A stretch of DNA of 64,000 bases from Neoconidiobolus thromboides FSU 785 (taxonomy: Eukaryota > Fungi > Entomophthoromycota). The notes below the pieces were generated by a model that was not told the DNA's origin, ran no database searches, and was given only the letters and a program-made list of their open reading frames with translations. This document shows positions 25,914-38,652 of the stretch, in pieces; positions within the stretch are counted from its first letter, which is position 1, and each line of letters opens with the position of its first letter. The stretch covers positions 349,828 to 413,827 of the forward strand of contig MU626258.1 in assembly GCA_025603075.1 (NCBI GenBank), in the 5' to 3' direction. Both the position numbers and the translations under genes were made by a program.

Positions 25914-26018
25914 TATGAGGGTGTTTTTTTTGGCTTCATTACTTTTTCCATCTTTTAAGTGCTATTTAAGCGGAAAATTTGTTAGTAAAATTCTTAAATA
26001 CAAAAATACATCCCCATA
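25914..26018 (+). mobile_element. MITE-like copy 10
   Basis: Reads TATGAGGGTGTTTTTTTTGGC...AATACATCCCCATA. Confidence 0.88.
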
Positions 26019-26108
26019 TTTTTTTTGATTTCATCACTCTCCATTTTTAAGCACTATTTGAGTAGAAAGAGTGTTTAATAAAATTTTTCAAAAAAATACA
26101 TCTCTACA
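26017..26108 (+). mobile_element. MITE-like copy 11 (head-to-tail with copy 10, left TIR truncated)
   Basis: Contains TTTTAAGCACTATTTGAGTAGAAA...AATACATCTCTACA. Confidence 0.75.
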
Positions 26109-26418
26109 TGCTAAATTTTTACTTTGAGTGAATAGCTTTATACTACTTTGTTGTTATATTAAACAATGACAACAAAGTCTTATAAGTTTCTTTACATTAA
26201 TAATTGATATGAAGAAATACATCTTATAGAGAAATATAATTTTATAAAGTTGAAAAATAAAAACATTTTTAAATTTCGTCTATGTAAAATAAAATAAATA
26301 TAAGGGCAAAACTAAATTCAAAAAGTAAGATTTATTTTATTTATTATCAAATATCCAACAAATATTGCTATTAATAATTTTGAAAAGTAATTGTTGCTTT
26401 CATTCTTTTTCATTAATA

Positions 26419-26516
26419 TTTTGAAACATATTTTTTTGAAGATTTTTATTAATACTCTCTTTGTTGAAATAGCACTTAAAAATGGAAAAGTAATAAAACT
26501 AAAAAACAGCTTCATT
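26419..26516 (-). mobile_element. MITE-like copy 12 (degenerate)
   Basis: Contains AAATAGCACTTAAAAATGGAAAAGTAATAAAACTAAAAAAC. Confidence 0.65.
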
Positions 26517-26747
26517 TATTTAAATTTAAGGCTTAAAAAATAATAACATGACTTATTTCGCCTATGAAAATAATAGCTTATTAAGTAGTGGCGCCTTTAC
26601 CTTTTATGATGGGAAAAAATATTATTATATGTAAAACAATAGTGATTCTTATGATAAAAAGTAAAAATAATAACAAAGATAAAAATATAAAACTCCAGTA
26701 AACTAATATGGTTTAATCTATTAATTTATTGATTTAAATATAAAAGT

Positions 26748-27338
26748 TTAGACTTGAACACAAGAAGGTGTTAGTGTTAAATATAAAGTGGGTATATCCA
26801 GTTGAAGATCGCCTTGTTTTTGGAAACCTTGGGTTAAAATTTCGCCAAACTCTTCTTCAGAATCCAGTTGCCTTAAGTTAAACCCTTTTTGAAATGGGGC
26901 ATAAATCGCATGTTTAGGTAATGGTTTGGCTACTTTCGAAGTGGTACTACAACTACTAACGTTGCCTGATGAGTATGAGGAACTGATTGATGATAACGAA
27001 GATTTATTTGATAGAGTACTGTCCTCCCTTGTCCTTGTTCTCCTCAAAGAAGGCACTGATAAGCCTCGATGCATTACATTTAATACTATATTTTTAGAAC
27101 TGTCGATTAAAAATTTGTTTGATATAGAATGTGAAGAGTTCTTGAAGCTGGGCGTTAGATATGTTTCCATAGAATCTTCTTCAGTTATAATCAATTTTTT
27201 AGAGTCTAGCTTCAAGCTACTTATCGAGTGCTTAATTGAGTTCAACCTTTCTCCAATTGATAATTTTCTAGTGATTATTTTGGTTTTATTTAGAGAGTTA
27301 TAACTCTTGCACTGTCTTAATTTACTAAAATTCTCCAT
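26748..27338 (-). CDS. Hypothetical Ser-rich protein, 196 aa
   Basis: Intronless ATG-initiated ORF with GC above the intergenic background. No recognisable domain. Confidence 0.65.
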   Translation of the reverse strand: MENFSKLRQCKSYNSLNKTKIITRKLSIGERLNSIKHSISSLKLDSKKLIITEEDSMETYLTPSFKNSSHSISNKFLIDSSKNIVLNVMHRGLSVPSLRRTRTREDSTLSNKSSLSSISSSYSSGNVSSCSTTSKVAKPLPKHAIYAPFQKGFNLRQLDSEEEFGEILTQGFQKQGDLQLDIPTLYLTLTPSCVQV

Positions 27339-28286
27339 TCCGCTACAATTAAAATGATAACTACTTAAGTATCCGGCCTTAATAAAATTACTAATTATTT
27401 AATTGATAATAAAGTATTAAAAAATTATGAAGTTAGAAGTATTTAAAATGATATTTATAATCTTTTTGATTTATTTTAGGCTGAGTTTATTACTTTGAGC
27501 CTTTTATAGTACTTCAATCTCACTTTGTGACCCGAGTTTTTAGCGTATAACTTTTACTTATTTAAGCTTAGCCTACATTGAAACCGGTTTTGGGATGGAA
27601 GAAATTATTACAAAATGACAATTTATTATACTTGATCAAAAATCTTAGGCTCAATTAATTGATTTATTTATAACATTTGTAATTAGGAGAATTAAAGAAG
27701 AATATATAATATAATATATACCATTTATAAATAATATGCCTAAAGTGTAATAACAACAACTAGATATTTTAATATATAACATTAAATTAATTGATTACAG
27801 TATAATTCTCATCTAGAATTTTAAATAAATAGCGAATGTCGATCATTTATGATATTTTAAACTTGAGTAAAAGCTTGTTTAATAATTTACTCGAAAAAAC
27901 TTATTTTTATCATGATAAAATCGAGAACTGCTCATTATTACTTATATAGCATTAAAAGAAAGTGGTTTTTATTACTGGTATTATAGGATTTCAAATTCAT
28001 TATATATTTCTTGGCTTACCGTTTTAATTTTTAAAATTAGCCATAACACTACAGTGATGAGAAAAAGCCTCTTAAAAAAATCTAGGTCAATAAGGATTTA
28101 TCTTTGATCATTCTCAAATTCGGTTATTTTATGATGGAAAACTAAATATACCTTAGTTTGCAATCAGCTATAGTAGTATGATATAATAAAAATAATATTA
28201 TTTAACATTTAATTGGTTGAATTTTTTAAATTTTGATGTTTACTAAATTATTTTGCCATTTTTTAAAATTATTTCGAATAGAACTA

Positions 28287-28390
28287 TATGGGGACGTATT
28301 TTTGTATTTGAGAATTTTACTACTAATCTTTCTACTCAAATAGTGCTTGAAAGGTGGAAAAAGTAATGAAGCCAAAAAAACATCTTCATA
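28287..28390 (-). mobile_element. MITE-like copy 13
   Basis: Reads TATGGGGACGTATTTTTG...AAAACATCTTCATA. Confidence 0.86.
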
Positions 28391-28519
28391 TTTAAATTTT
28401 ACTTATTAAATAATCATCCCAAAAACGCCATTTTCGCTTACAACTTGTGGCACTCAAATCCACTCTCTCATTTTAATTAAAAAAATTTCAAGGCTAAATA
28501 TTATTTTTTCCCTATATTA

Positions 28520-28945
28520 AATCATAGGTCTAACCATAAATATCAACTAATTCCTGTTTGCTCTTTTTATCAAAATATTAATATTAAGGCTAAATGACGA
28601 TAAAAACAATTATTGCTTGAAGTTTATCTTTTACCCCTGCTTTAAGAATTATAAATTGATCTTTATCACATAATACTTTTTGCAATTATTCTCCTATTTC
28701 ATAAGCCCAAAAAACTAAACAAGTCCCTGGAGGGTATCTTTCTACACAGGTAAATACTTTTTTTACAATTTTAATAACGAATTCCAACCAAAAAATACCA
28801 ATTGTATTAAAAAGTAGTCAAAGTTAATTTCAAAGACCAAGGATTTTATGACACTCTTCAAACAGTTGGTGTAATAATTTAGTTAAAAATGCTAATTTAA
28901 TGATAGTGTCTGGGCCAGGTTAGGGTTATATTAGAGTAGGAGGTA
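28520..28945 (-). pseudogene. Decayed LINE reverse-transcriptase N-terminal fragment
   Basis: One minus-strand frame with many stops reads PGPD (28919-28908)...LHQLFEEC...IVKK...ERYPPGTCL...EQTG. The order and spacing match non-LTR RT PGPDG...LFN.C...I.KK...NYRPISL...EQ.GF. Confidence 0.5.
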
Positions 28946-29081
28946 AAAAAAATTGTAAATATTTATTAAAGATATAAATTTATGTTTACTTTCTATTTTT
29001 ATTCATTATAAAAATACAACTACCACTATTATATTCTAGTTTCTATTGAGTTGTATAAAATTACTGTGTAAACTAAAACTT

Positions 29082-30597
29082 TTACAAACAGATAAGCTTG
29101 TCTCCCGAAAATGTAATATCATTAGCACTTGATTCTAACTTTTCAACACTAGAGTCTATTTGATTATGATAAAGGCCTTCATTTCCTCTTTTATCCCAAT
29201 GTCTAAAATTTAGCGTATTCAAATTGACTACTTTCAATTCATTTTCCTTATTATTTAATATCAAAAAATTAAATGTTAACTGCGCCTTGTTCACGTCTTT
29301 AAACTTTACTATCTTTAGTTCCGATTTGTTCTTCAAATCAACCATAATCAATTCCTTATTCTTTAATAAAATGCCAGCAATTCCATTTCCACCAAGTATG
29401 ACTTTAGAAATAGCATCATCTTCATTGATAAGCTCTTTTGTAATTTCTATTGAAAATGCTGGCTTACTGCTGTATCCAGTCAAAACTTTAGCATCCTCGC
29501 TGTAATTTGGGTAATAAGGAACTTCCTCAAACTCATCTTTATTTTCATTTCCAAACCATTTTAGATAATATTTCTCATTTTTATTTTTACTTACTGCTAA
29601 AAACCCATGTCTATCAGATGTTATAAACTTGATCTCTTGATCAAGTAAGTTTTGTACCAATACTGGATAATAGGACTTACAATTATCAGTATTTGGCAAA
29701 TAACCCCATATATAAACTAAATCTCTAGAGCTGTATTCCGGATTGTTTGGATTGCCAACGGCTATAGAGTAATCTCTATTTTTTTAAAAGATAAAACTCA
29801 AATAAATAGTAACAATAGTATACCTACCCAGCAGCTAAAATTTTACTTATAGTAACTTTAGCCTCATTAAAGAAATCAATGGTGCTTGGTAATGGATCAT
29901 AAACTTCGGCTCCTCGTCCCAAAATACCTGCTCCCCTTTGATTTTAACTAAGTTAATGAACTTGTTTTATCAGCTATAAGAACGCTTACCAACTCCAAAT
30001 CTGATTAGTATCTCGATCCAAACACAAAGTATGGAAATCTCCGGCTACTAATTGATATCCATTGCCACTTTTCTCTTTTTTGAAATTAATAGCACCAGGT
30101 AATAAAAACGGACTTTCTATTAAGTCCTCGGATTCCGAGCCACTATCCATTAAGCTAAAACTAGTGTTGGTTGGGCCTAACTTTGGAGTTGTTTAATTAT
30201 TTGAATTTAGAAAAGGTGTGTTTGATTTACTTGCCCATATTCATTCGAACCCCTAAACTTGTTAATTTTACTGTTTTTTATAGTTCTTATAACTTGTTAT
30301 TTACCAGGTGTAAAGTTGGTTGTTGATAATAGCAGCGTAATGATGGAGCTAATGGAAAGTCAGTATTCCATCTTTATTATTTATTTAAGCAATTCTCACC
30401 CCACATGTTAGTTGATTTAATTCGATAGGTTCTAAATTTTTGATTTCTTCTGGTATTAAACAAGATCTAAAATTGCTATTTATTGGCTCTGTATCATATT
30501 GTAACTTCTGTTGAAGTATATTAATTGTCAACCAACGTTGAGCAGTTTTTGTTATTACTGAACTTGGTCTTAGTTGAAGTTTAAAATACGTAAGCAT
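29082..30597 (-). CDS. RCC1/BLIP-II repeat protein, possibly mitochondrial (RCC1L/Fmp25-like), multi-exon
   Basis: The spliced read gives QLTCG-LHHYAAIINNQLYTW-GSNEYGQ and LVAGDFHTLCLDRDTNQIWSW, which are RCC1 repeats. The N-terminus MLTYFKLQLRPSSVITKTAQRW is basic/hydroxylated. The 3' end is less certain. Confidence 0.75.
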
Positions 30598-31024
30598 AGT
30601 TAACAGTAACTTAAAGTTATAAAAAAGTGTCAATTTAAAAATTAAAGACGGGATTTTTACGAATAAAAAATGAAGTGAAATTTATTATTAGTTAAAATTA
30701 AATATTTGGTATAAGAATCGGAGGAGGGGATATCGAATAAGAGAGCATGTATTGTCAAGGTTTTAACGAAAAAGAAAAGATAAAAGCATAAAAAAAAAGA
30801 TGAGTATAAAATAAAAAACATTGGTACTACCAGAGCAATTAGTGTATAATTTAAGATTAAAGTAGATTTATAGCTGAGGATACCAAATAGTTCAATTGAT
30901 AATAATTTTGTTCCTTTTTTACAACTTAAAAGAGAGTTGGAATAGTATATATATATATATTCTTTTTAAATAAATTTCAATTAATTACGTAAATTTAAAC
31001 ATAGTTCTTTGTTTAGAACCTCGT

Positions 31025-32504
31025 TTATAATATCCCACTATCTTTTAAGGCATTTTGTAATATCGTTTCTTTAACCGCTGCAAATACTAATCGAATCTAT
31101 ATAAATAATGTTTAGTTATTGTAGCATAGTTAATGTAGATTGAACTTACATTTGAAGTGTCTGTTGCTTGAGTAAGGCTAAAAAGAATAATTAATATAAA
31201 ACTATAGATTAAATAATTTACTTACTGTGGATAAAGTACCAATTTCTTTGTATTTGTTTGTGAAAACCTCCATAAAATATATTTAGCAGCTTTGTTTATA
31301 TCAGATCCACCTAACAAAAACACATTACTACTATTAATTCTAATATTGAGTTGAGCTTACCATTATAATCTGGAAAATATTTATTTAGTGGCGAGATTGG
31401 AATTTTATGGCGGAATATATCAATCTTATTTAAAAACAAAATAATGGACGTCCTTAAAAACCATCGGGAATTAATGATGGATTCAAATAGTACTAAACTC
31501 TCCGTCATCCTATTCTATAAAAATTAAAATGAATAAACTAAAAGCTTTAAAATAAAAAAAGAATTTACTTGTCCAGACTCTTCTAATAATACTTGATCAT
31601 ATTCACTTAGCGCTACACAAAATATAATCGATGTAACTGCTTCAAAGCAATGAATCCATTTTTTACGTTCTGATCTTTGGCCGCCCACATCAAACATACT
31701 AAATAAAGTCATAAGCCTATTGTTATTCAATATTGCACAATCAATAATTACTGTATATTCAACTGTCCCATCGTGAATCGAGTTTCAATGATACCCGTAG
31801 TCTTAGTACGAGCCCTTAAAACATCTTGGATCGTAGGTACGTATTCTGGGGATCCAATACGTTGAATATGCTCGAAAAAGCTATGAAATTATTAATTTTT
31901 GCTATCAAAAACAAATTCATTTAAATTACTAAGGTGCTGAGTCCAAAATATAGAATCCTCCAGAATGATTGAGGCATTCTGTAGTAGTAGGATCTTTAAC
32001 TAAGTCATAAACACCTTGAACAAATTCCATTGGAAGAGCACCAGAGAACCCAAAATCTGCTAAAAGTCGCTGATAATCCTTAATAAATAACTTTTAAAAT
32101 AATTAGCATCCTATTCTTTGATTTATAGCTACAACTATGATTTACTTTATTTTTGCCTTCACTTGGAGTTAACTTCAAGATTTCATAACCTTTGACAAGA
32201 TCCCTAACACAGTCCACTACATTTTTATAAATAATGGGCCGTAGCATGTTTAATTCATTTAAATCATAACCATTCTGATGAATGATTTTCATCTGTTTAA
32301 CTATTGTCGACTTTCCAGATTCTCCACTTCCTAAAAATGATACTCGTTATCATTACTTTCATTTATTATTATGAATGTAAACCTACCTAACAAGAGTATT
32401 TTACATTCTCTACTAAATCTTTTACTATCCTCTTCAATCATCCTCTCAATTTGAAGGTTTCTCTCCCTTTCGCCTCTTTCCTCAACTGATAAACAGGCGC
32501 CCAT
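31025..32504 (-). CDS. GPA2: Heterotrimeric G-protein alpha subunit, fungal group III (Gpa2/Gna3-like)
   Basis: It starts MGAC (myristoylation/palmitoylation) and contains [49 protein letters not shown] and TQATDT. It ends LKDSGIL*. Confidence 0.93.
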
Positions 32505-33642
32505 ATTAAGATAATGTAATGCTATCGTTGTTAGATTATTTTGATATAAACTTTTTTTCTTGTTGCAATAAAGCTAAACTAAGACAAGACAAATGGATAA
32601 TTGTATTAATCTAGTAATAAAATAATGATTAGTTATCATTATTTAATTTTATTAACAAAAATTAATTACTAAATAAAATAAAAAATAAGTTTTAAAAAAA
32701 AAGAAAGTAACTTACTTAACATTTAGAAAGCATACTAAGATTAAAAACTTCCAATTCTCTTTAATTTTTTTTTACACTTATTGGTCTTTTTTAATAAAAA
32801 TGATTTTAAAAAATGGCTGTTAAAACTTTTTAAAAAAAGGGTGTATCTAATACCAAACTTAAAAGGGGTAAATCAAGAAATGATTTGAAAGTAACTCTAT
32901 ACATTTTTGTATTGAGCAATTATAAACATTCCTTTCTTTACTTTTTTTGTTAGTATCTCAACCATTATTTTTCTCTCAAAAATCTTAAGTTCTAAAATGT
33001 TGGGGTTTAAATACGGGGTTTATCTTTAATTTCTTTCAAAAACACTTTCTTTTACAATAGATTTCAACAAACAACTAATCCTATTGGTTATAGTGTGTTT
33101 AACGTCATTGTTTATCACTAAAACTATGAGTTGAAGTGAGTTTAAATGAGGCATATAATTCAACCAATACCATAACTCTTGTTAATGAGATAACAGTTGC
33201 TTTTAAATTATGTGTCATTATTATCTTTAATTCATTTTTTACAATAATTGTATATTTTAAAAATAAACCTTTATATTTAACAAGGGATAATAATTAACTA
33301 GTTTTTAAAATATAAAATAGATTATAATCTTATTTTAAGTAAAAAAATTTAATTAAAACTATTCTCCTTACTTTGCTTTTTTTAGCAGCTTTACTACCTT
33401 TAAAGTTCTTAACTTACTTTAACGATGCCCTTACCTTTTATATTAAGTTAAATAATAATGAATTAAACAAATAAGCAATACACTCAATATAAAAAAATCG
33501 TCTTTATGCAAGATGTAACCCCTTAATAAATTATTCTTTCTAAAATACTAATACATCACTTTAAACTAGTTCTAATAAATATAATTTACTTTCAATATAA
33601 AAGTATTAGTAGCTCTTAAATAAACTACTTAGAATTTTAGAG

Positions 33643-33780
33643 CTGTTTAAGTTCAGCTGTGCGCTATGTAATGAATAGGCTTTATAACTAGTAATTCACA
33701 TTGTTGTGGCGGTTTATAGCTTGGTGACAAAAAAAGCTCTCAAATGAGTAGTTATATAGCGCATATTTGAACTTAAATAG
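33643..33780. repeat. Short imperfect inverted repeat (29-bp arms, 80-bp spacer), possible second MITE family or hairpin
   Basis: CTGTTTAAGTTCAGCTGTGCGCTATGTAA (33643-33671) versus TTATATAGCGCATATTTGAACTTAAATAG (33752-33780) match at 24 of 29 positions as reverse complements. Confidence 0.6.
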
Positions 33781-34944
33781 GCGTAATGAATTCTTTTAAG
33801 AGTAAAAAAATGCTAATCGTTTGTTGTTCAACCCTAAAATCAGCTCAAGTTATTTTTTGACCTTTTTTATTAACTGAATTTTAAGAAAAGACACTATTTT
33901 TTCAATACAATTTAGTTCAAGCAAATTGCAATCTATTAGTGATAATATTTGAAACTAAGCAATTTATTGAACAATTGAAACATTTGTATTTGATTAAAAG
34001 AGATATATAAATCAAAACAGTTACAGCATTTCAATGTACATTCAAAGGCTAATTTATTAGTGTGTTTAAAGAAATCAATAAATAGAACTATAGAAATAGT
34101 CTAATTGATAAGTTATTTTATGAATTTTTTTAGATACACTACACTACCTTATAAGTATTATTCATTAGAGCTAATTTGATATCAAAATATCTTATTATGG
34201 AAGTGTTATAAAATAAAAGGTAATAAATCTATTACGAAGTCAATATAAAATAGAAATTTAATTTTTATTGATAGAGTAGTATCATAATTTAAGGTGCTAA
34301 GGTTTTTAAAATTGTGTATTTGAACAATGATATAAATAATACATGAATCAAATTGACATATTTAAGCTCTAGTTATTGACCTTTGAGCACTAATAATGTA
34401 TTCGATAACTAAATATATAAATTTGAGAGTGACATTTAAGTTTAGCTTATAAACATTTTATTATAATAATACGCAATCTAAAATTGTTTTTTTTAATAGT
34501 TTCATTATAATAAGTATTTGCATTTCTTAAATAAAAACTTCATTTATTCTCATTGCTATTTGAAATATGTTTTGAATTAACTATGAAAAGAACAATATGT
34601 TTAATATGTAGAATAAGTTTTAATTTTAGATAATTAAGACATTTTCCATATTTTTATTAAGTCATAGTAATAAATTTTCAAATAAGAATGCAACATTACA
34701 ATCACCTGTTAAGCTAACAATTTTTATTCCAAACTGTGGCAACAAATCTAAAAATAAGCAATAAAGTTTAATTTTTAGGAAGAAAAAAACTTTTTTTATT
34801 TTAAAATTTCAATACTTCCACCAAAATCTAATTCTTGGACTTCAAATTTTAATAAATAATCATTTGATGATAAATAAACTAAAATACACTAAATAATAAG
34901 GAGAAAAAAAGCTATAAAAGCTATAAAAAACGAAACAAAACATT

Positions 34945-36459
34945 TCACTGCGCGCTAAATGGTTTAACCCGGGTACATTCTGGTGAATGGTTCAAGAGAC
35001 CTCTTACCCAAAGCAAAGCACCATCACAAGTTCTTCTAGCAACTTCAGCGAATGCTAAACAAGCCACAAATGGGTATTTTTGTTTAGATCTACGAGTACC
35101 TTTAGTGCCATGGAACTGTTTAACGTCTGATCCGCAGCAACATTGGTACAGATGTGTGACTGCGTTTTTCCTACGTCTAGTGTTACGTGTTTTCCATTTA
35201 TTTAAAGGTTGACCAAGTTGTTCTAAAGTCAATTCAAATTGAACTAGAAATTGGTGTGATAGTTCCATATCATCTGCGTCAAACACACGTTTGATTACTT
35301 GAATCTTTTCAAGACATTCTCTTTGGTCTTGGGTTAATAAGAGATGGGAAGGGATACGAATAGATTGACTAGAAACTAAAGGCCCTAAGCGGTTGTTGAT
35401 CCTAGACATGGAATTTCTATTGTCAGTGTTGTTTAAATCCATCTCCATGCTCATATTGTTTCCAAATTGTAAAAGCTTAGGCGCATGTTGAGTAAAGGTC
35501 AAAAAGCTACCTTTGGGTGGCAAATTGGAAGTAGAATTAGCAGAGTTAGAATTTGAAGGTGAATAAGGTCTTGGTCCATTAATTACCATAGGAAGTACTT
35601 GATCTAATTGATATCGTTGACGACGATGGGTTTGATTTAATTCATCGTCTATTATAGCATTGTGATTATTATCGCTAGCTAAAATCATACTATCTTGAAT
35701 GGTTGGGTTAGAATCAGAGTACATAATAGGTGGATATTGATGAGAACTGATAGGTCTTGTCATTAAATTAAAGTCCATACTATCAAGCCTGGCATAATTA
35801 GAAAATTCTGTGTTGGATTGAGTTGAAGGTTCAATAGGATTATTTGGAATGGAATTAGTAGTAGCGATTATGTTTTCATTTGTATGATAGAAACGATCCA
35901 TAAGAGATAACTCACTTTGAGGTAAATGTTTTTGATAGTCCATTGAAGCTAATGAAAAAGGTACCATTTCCATTTTAACTTCTTTTTTAATAGGCTCAAG
36001 TTCCTCATGAATATGTTTTGATGGATGAATTGTATTAGAGATACTGCTTGATAAATTTCTATTATCATTTTGATACATGGAGTTTAATGATAAATCATTG
36101 TTAGTAGTATTTGAAGGATTTGGGGGGTACATTTGATGAAAATTAAATTGCTTTGAGTTATATAAATTGGACTTATCAAAACTATCGATCATATACTCAT
36201 TTTGATTCATTTTATTATATCCATAAGCTTCATTATTATAATCCCCACTAGATTGATGATAAAAGTTAACATCATTCTTATAGCTACTACCTTGTTCAGT
36301 TCCATTATTACTTGAAGTTGATATTCTTTCATACCCTTGATTCATATGAGCATATTGATTCATATTGTTAGGTATCATCATATGTTGTTGATTTGTTGAG
36401 TTCATTAATTGATATCCGTTACGATTGTCATTTGGTATGGTAGAATTTATACTATACAT
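34945..36459 (-). CDS. Putative transcription factor, 504 aa, with a long N/Q/S/M-rich disordered region and a C-terminal basic Cys/His Zn-binding domain (WRKY-GCM1/FAR1-like)
   Basis: Intronless ORF. The C-terminal KWKTRNTRRRK...YQCCCG...TRRSKQKYPFVACLA...VRG..NHSPEC fits a W...C-x-C...C...H-x3-C pattern. Confidence 0.7.
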   Translation of the reverse strand: MYSINSTIPNDNRNGYQLMNSTNQQHMMIPNNMNQYAHMNQGYERISTSSNNGTEQGSSYKNDVNFYHQSSGDYNNEAYGYNKMNQNEYMIDSFDKSNLYNSKQFNFHQMYPPNPSNTTNNDLSLNSMYQNDNRNLSSSISNTIHPSKHIHEELEPIKKEVKMEMVPFSLASMDYQKHLPQSELSLMDRFYHTNENIIATTNSIPNNPIEPSTQSNTEFSNYARLDSMDFNLMTRPISSHQYPPIMYSDSNPTIQDSMILASDNNHNAIIDDELNQTHRRQRYQLDQVLPMVINGPRPYSPSNSNSANSTSNLPPKGSFLTFTQHAPKLLQFGNNMSMEMDLNNTDNRNSMSRINNRLGPLVSSQSIRIPSHLLLTQDQRECLEKIQVIKRVFDADDMELSHQFLVQFELTLEQLGQPLNKWKTRNTRRRKNAVTHLYQCCCGSDVKQFHGTKGTRRSKQKYPFVACLAFAEVARRTCDGALLWVRGLLNHSPECTRVKPFSAQ

Positions 36460-38652
36460 TTAATACAAATCAACTTGTTATAATGAATAAAGTAAGGTTT
36501 ATATATGATTGATAATAATAATAATTCAAATTAATAAGTGTATTCTATTATACTTTAATTTGTGATTGTTTGGGATATTATAATAAATTAGCAAAAGATA
36601 ATAATAAATTTTATAATAGAATAAAATTCGTAAGGTAAATAAAAGATATTATAGTATAAAGAAGAGATCACCTTTTTAATTTCAATGATCTTTATTTATA
36701 CTTTATCATTTATTTATAGTTGAATAATGATTTTATTTAACTTAGTTTGTAAAATTGTTTAAGATGGGGTAAGTTAAATTGCTTAATTTTAGCTATAATT
36801 TTCACTTGATTGGCTAGTAGATCGCTTGATATGGTTTAAGTGGTCTTTTTTGAAAAATTATGTAAAATGGTAACAAATCAACTTGAGCTGATATTTGAAT
36901 TGCCCTGATTACTAGAAACTTTATTGAAGGATAATTTAAACAATTTCCCCAAGTTAAGGGATTTAAGGTAAGAAATTGTACCTTAAACAAAAGGAAATTG
37001 GAGGGGATTAAAGCCAATTTAGAAAAGTATAACAATTATGATTAACATTTTTAAAAAATCTATTTTCCTTGACTGTAATAAGATAAGGGGCTTCTAAAAT
37101 TTAAAATCCAAAACAAAATAGCAACTAAATCAAGTTAAATATACTTAAATTTGAATTAAAAGTTTTGCTAAAGCAATTAAGTCTAGCTAACCTTTAAAAG
37201 AGTTGCTCATTGCTGTTCCATTTGTCCTATTAAAGCATAAATTAAACATTCTAGTTTACCACTTTATGTAAGCTTATACCTTTTTAAACTATGTTAAGCT
37301 TAGAGACAAATAAAATAATAATCGGTTTTATTGTAATAGATAGAAAATACTATTTATTCTTTATCCTATTATATTTTATTTACAGTAATTGTTAGTATTG
37401 GGTTTGCTAATAAACTAAAACTTTTTATCCGCTATTATTGAGTCAAATCATGCTGGTTTAAGGGATAAGTTTTTAATAACCCCTAAATTAGCAACTTATT
37501 TTTAAGATCATAAGCAAGTATTATTTTTTTAATTAAATCATTGTAATAATAATAAAATGAAAACTTCAGCATTTCTATATAAACATAATTGAAATAAAAT
37601 TTTATTATGACATTGAAAAAACCTGAAGATAAAATAATAATAGGAAATCCTTGTTTATTAATTATATTTTAGTGTCAATTGAAATCTAAAGCGCTACGTT
37701 CTTTGATTGACTTTACTATTTTAATTATATTAGCATTAAATCCGGCCATTAATAAAATTTTATTTTCACTCCCTCCATGTAATTAATTTAATTAAAAAGA
37801 TTGTTTTGAGTAAAATTAAGCATTAGTAATTCAAATCAGCTACTATAAATAGTAGCTATGTTATGTGTTCAGCGGATAAATTTAAGTTTATTATATTATT
37901 TCTGAAGTGAAATAAAAGTAAAATTTATATTATTAAAAAACCACCTTTAGCTTCTTTTGTGTATTTAAAAACTACGCGCTGTTGTAAGAGGTAGGATAAG
38001 CTTTTCTTGGTTTTTAAATAATAAAACGAATGACGTTGAAAAATTTTGAGTAAAAATATTATTTTAATTAAATTAGTAATTAAATATTTAATTAAAAAAA
38101 AAGATGTAAATCTCCCTTACTTATCTATTTGTTATTATTTCTCATTTTTCAACTTATATATTTTCAAAAAAACTTGATAAACACCTACACCCATACCAAT
38201 TTTTAGCATTTACTATTTTATAAAATCTTTAAATTAATTATTATTATAGTTTATCCCTGAATTTAAGCCTTTTTCTCTCTTTTAGGTTGCTTATAACGAA
38301 CATCTGAATTAATGGATTTTTACACCTAAATATTATTCAATAAATCGGATTAGTTTTTACTTGATCAGCTTATATTAAATCTCTAGGTGCTTTTGTATAG
38401 TTCTATTTATGTATAGCAACTTTTAGTACTTTATTTGTATAATATTTATTATTTTTTCGATCTACAAATTATATTTTTATTATAGCTTTGATGTAAAGAA
38501 ATCGATACTTGTATTAAAATTACTGTAAATTTTAACATACAAGTCTACTAAAGACTGATATATTAATAATTAATGATGCTTTCAATTTTTTATTTTTTTT
38601 ATAAATTATATCTTTACAGTTTATATCGTCAGTTATAACTTCTTAACTACGC

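Noticed and set aside
28918-28930. TTAGGG telomere-like motif
   Set aside because: It is a single unit lying within the LINE RT relic.
30243-30253. GGTTCGAAT (T-loop-like) on the minus strand
   Set aside because: It is the GSNE codons of an RCC1-repeat exon and forms no cloverleaf. No tRNA genes were recognised in the window.
36790-37250. Stop-poor + strand frame (FEKLCKMV...NNFPKLRDLR) suggesting a decayed LRR/F-box pseudogene
   Set aside because: There is only one weak LRR-like phrase, which cannot be separated from chance without a profile search.
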